Origin: Escherichia coli
Lineage (GTDB): Bacteria > Pseudomonadota > Gammaproteobacteria > Enterobacterales > Enterobacteriaceae
Reading direction: 5' to 3' (one strand)
Assembly (NCBI RefSeq): GCF_041886205.1
Contig: NZ_CP169029.1
DNA: 64,000 nt
In this document: positions 61,243 through 64,000 of the stretch, piece after piece
How positions within the stretch are numbered: position 1 is the first letter of the stretch
Layout: each line of letters begins with the position of its first letter
The notes under the pieces: generated by a model
The model's input: only the letters and a program-made list of their open reading frames with translations
Database searches by the model: none
Told to the model about the DNA's origin: nothing
Made by a program: the position numbers and the translations under genes

Positions 61243-61626
61243 TCAGAACCTCAGGCCAGTGATAAAGGATACCAGGCGAACCAGAATACCATCCAGTCCC
61301 CACAGGATCAGTGACATTACTGCGGTAACCGCAGCCACAATCAGCGTGGTGTGCAATGTTTCCTGGCGAGTCGGCCAAATGACCTTACGGACTTCGGTAC
61401 GCGCTTCACGGGCAAAAGCAACGGTAGCTTTACCTTTTGTCGTTAACAGCGCGACACCACCCGCTGCAGCAATCAGAATTACTACGGCCAGCGCACGCAG
61501 CGGCAGCATAATGTCGCGATAAAGATAGTTGCCGACAATCGCCACCAGGAGCAATGCCACCACAACGACCCACTTCATCGCTTCCAGGCCGCGCCCGCTT
61601 CCTTGAGCTTCGGTATTCGCACTCAT
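61243..61626 (-). CDS. secE: Preprotein translocase subunit SecE
   Basis: 127-aa ORF with three hydrophobic segments; stop 1 nt before the nusG start. Confidence 0.95.
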
Positions 61627-61797
61627 AAACCAACCTGTCAGAAGTTTTCTACAAACATTTTCACCCCGCGATCGCGAGGCAAACCAAATCGAAACGCGTA
61701 TTAGCTTTTCGGATTATACGCCCTCAACAGAGCCTGTCTCAGCAATGATTATGACAAAGAAAATCACTGATGAGCCAGGTTCTGGTACGAAAGCGTG

Positions 61798-61825
61798 CAA
61801 AAAGGGCATCAAATGATGCCCTTTT
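61798..61825 (-). terminator. Rho-independent terminator after tufB
   Basis: GGGCATC-AAAT-GATGCCC hairpin (61804-61821) with A-run upstream and T-run downstream on the plus strand, i.e. a T-run after the hairpin on the minus strand. Confidence 0.8.
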
Positions 61826-61855
61826 AGTGCGCATTGCGTCAAATGTTATCGGCAA

Positions 61856-63076
<1,221 letters not shown>

Positions 63077-63154
63077 TCACCACATCAACCAGGCAACATG
63101 CCCGACTTGTTGAATGCAATAAACAGAAGGAAAAAACAGGGAGGAGAAAAGAAG

Positions 63155-63230
63155 TGGTGCTGATAGGCAGATTCGAACTGCCGACCTCACCCTTACCAAG
63201 GGTGCGCTCTACCAACTGAGCTATATCAGC
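63155..63230 (-). tRNA. thrT: tRNA-Thr (GGU)
   Basis: Reverse complement reads GCTGATATAGCTCAGTTGGTAGAGCGCACCCTTGGTAAGGGTGAGGTCGGCAGTTCGAATCTGCCTATCAGCACCA. Confidence 0.97.
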
Positions 63231-63236
63231 ACATCT

Positions 63237-63311
<75 letters not shown>

Positions 63312-63427
63312 ATCCTGGAACTCGGCTACCTGATTTTCATTCTGCACTGAATATCGAGAGAAGCTCTCTTTATTCGAGCCGGTAAGCGAACTTATCGTCT
63401 CGGGCTACGCCATCGCGTGGCCGAAAT

Positions 63428-63512
<85 letters not shown>

Positions 63513-63520
63513 GGACTTGA

Positions 63521-63596
<76 letters not shown>

Positions 63597-63957
63597 ATCA
63601 AGTAGCGCGCATTCTATGGAGACATGCGAGTTCATGCAACTAAAAAATTGCATAATTTGTTTTATTGGTCACATTTTATGCGACACGATGAAGAAACAGC
63701 CGAACGGAGGGCAGATTAGCACACTTTTTCAACATCATTGTGCTCAACAATGCGCTCCTGCTAAACCATAATTCTTTTTATCAGATGGAATATCTGTCAC
63801 ATTGCTTTTCAACGATAGCTTCCTGGCAGAGATTTTTTCTTATTATTCCTCCCCATCTGGTGTTACCCTCCTGCCCATTAACCCATTCAACAGAACTGTG
63901 ACGCGCCATGGCAAATATCGCTTTGCCGATAGAGCTATGACCGCCAGAAACATGCTT

Positions 63958-64000
63958 ATGAGTATAAAAGAGCAAACGTTAATGACGCCTTACCTACAGT
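63958..64000 (+). CDS. coaA: Pantothenate kinase, 5' end only (truncated by the window edge)
   Basis: ATG at 63958 followed by codons for SIKEQTLMTPYLQ, the CoaA N-terminus; divergent from the tRNA-tufB operon as in E. coli. Confidence 0.8.
   Translation, partial: MSIKEQTLMTPYLQ

Noticed and set aside
63781-63975. 64-aa minus-strand ORF at the window end
   Set aside because: Overlaps the coaA promoter and start region on the opposite strand; coaA's N-terminus (MSIKEQTLMTPYLQ) is recognisable on the plus strand, so this is most likely spurious.

Overview
The window reads as an Escherichia coli-type chromosomal segment, inverted relative to the K-12 map: yjbE-pgi-lysC-[3-gene insertion]-yjbD-rluF-pepE-yjbB-metH-iclR-arpA-aceKAB-metA-yjaB-rrnE (5S, 23S, tRNA-Glu, 16S)-purHD-zraRSP-yjaH-hupA-yjaG-nfi-hemE-nudC-rsd-thiCEFSGH-yjaZ-rpoCB-rplLJAK-nusG-secE-tufB-tRNAs (thrT, glyT, tyrU, thrU)-coaA (5' end only). 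All gene names are from recognising the translated proteins and gene order; no database search was run. Nearly everything is conserved core genome with the expected regulatory elements (lysine and TPP riboswitches, rrn P1/P2, PurR box, sigma-54 zraP/zraSR promoters with ZraR palindromes, rpoB attenuator, several intrinsic terminators, REP/BIME repeats). The one accessory segment is about 3.5 kb between lysC and yjbD (4335-7893). It carries three genes I do not recall from K-12: (i) an AT-rich zeta-toxin-family P-loop kinase with a ~100-aa N-terminal extension, resembling the single-chain EzeT toxin-antitoxin architecture; (ii) and (iii), convergent to it, a tightly coupled operon of a TM-less SPFH/band-7 protein followed by a ~266-aa pol-beta-fold nucleotidyltransferase with an intact GS-x10-DxD motif. 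The SPFH-nucleotidyltransferase pair is my lead candidate for an undescribed (possibly defence or stress) module, but its function is inference only. Second, yjaA is absent between rrfE and yjaB, so this is not K-12. No CRISPR array, integrase or IS element was seen.
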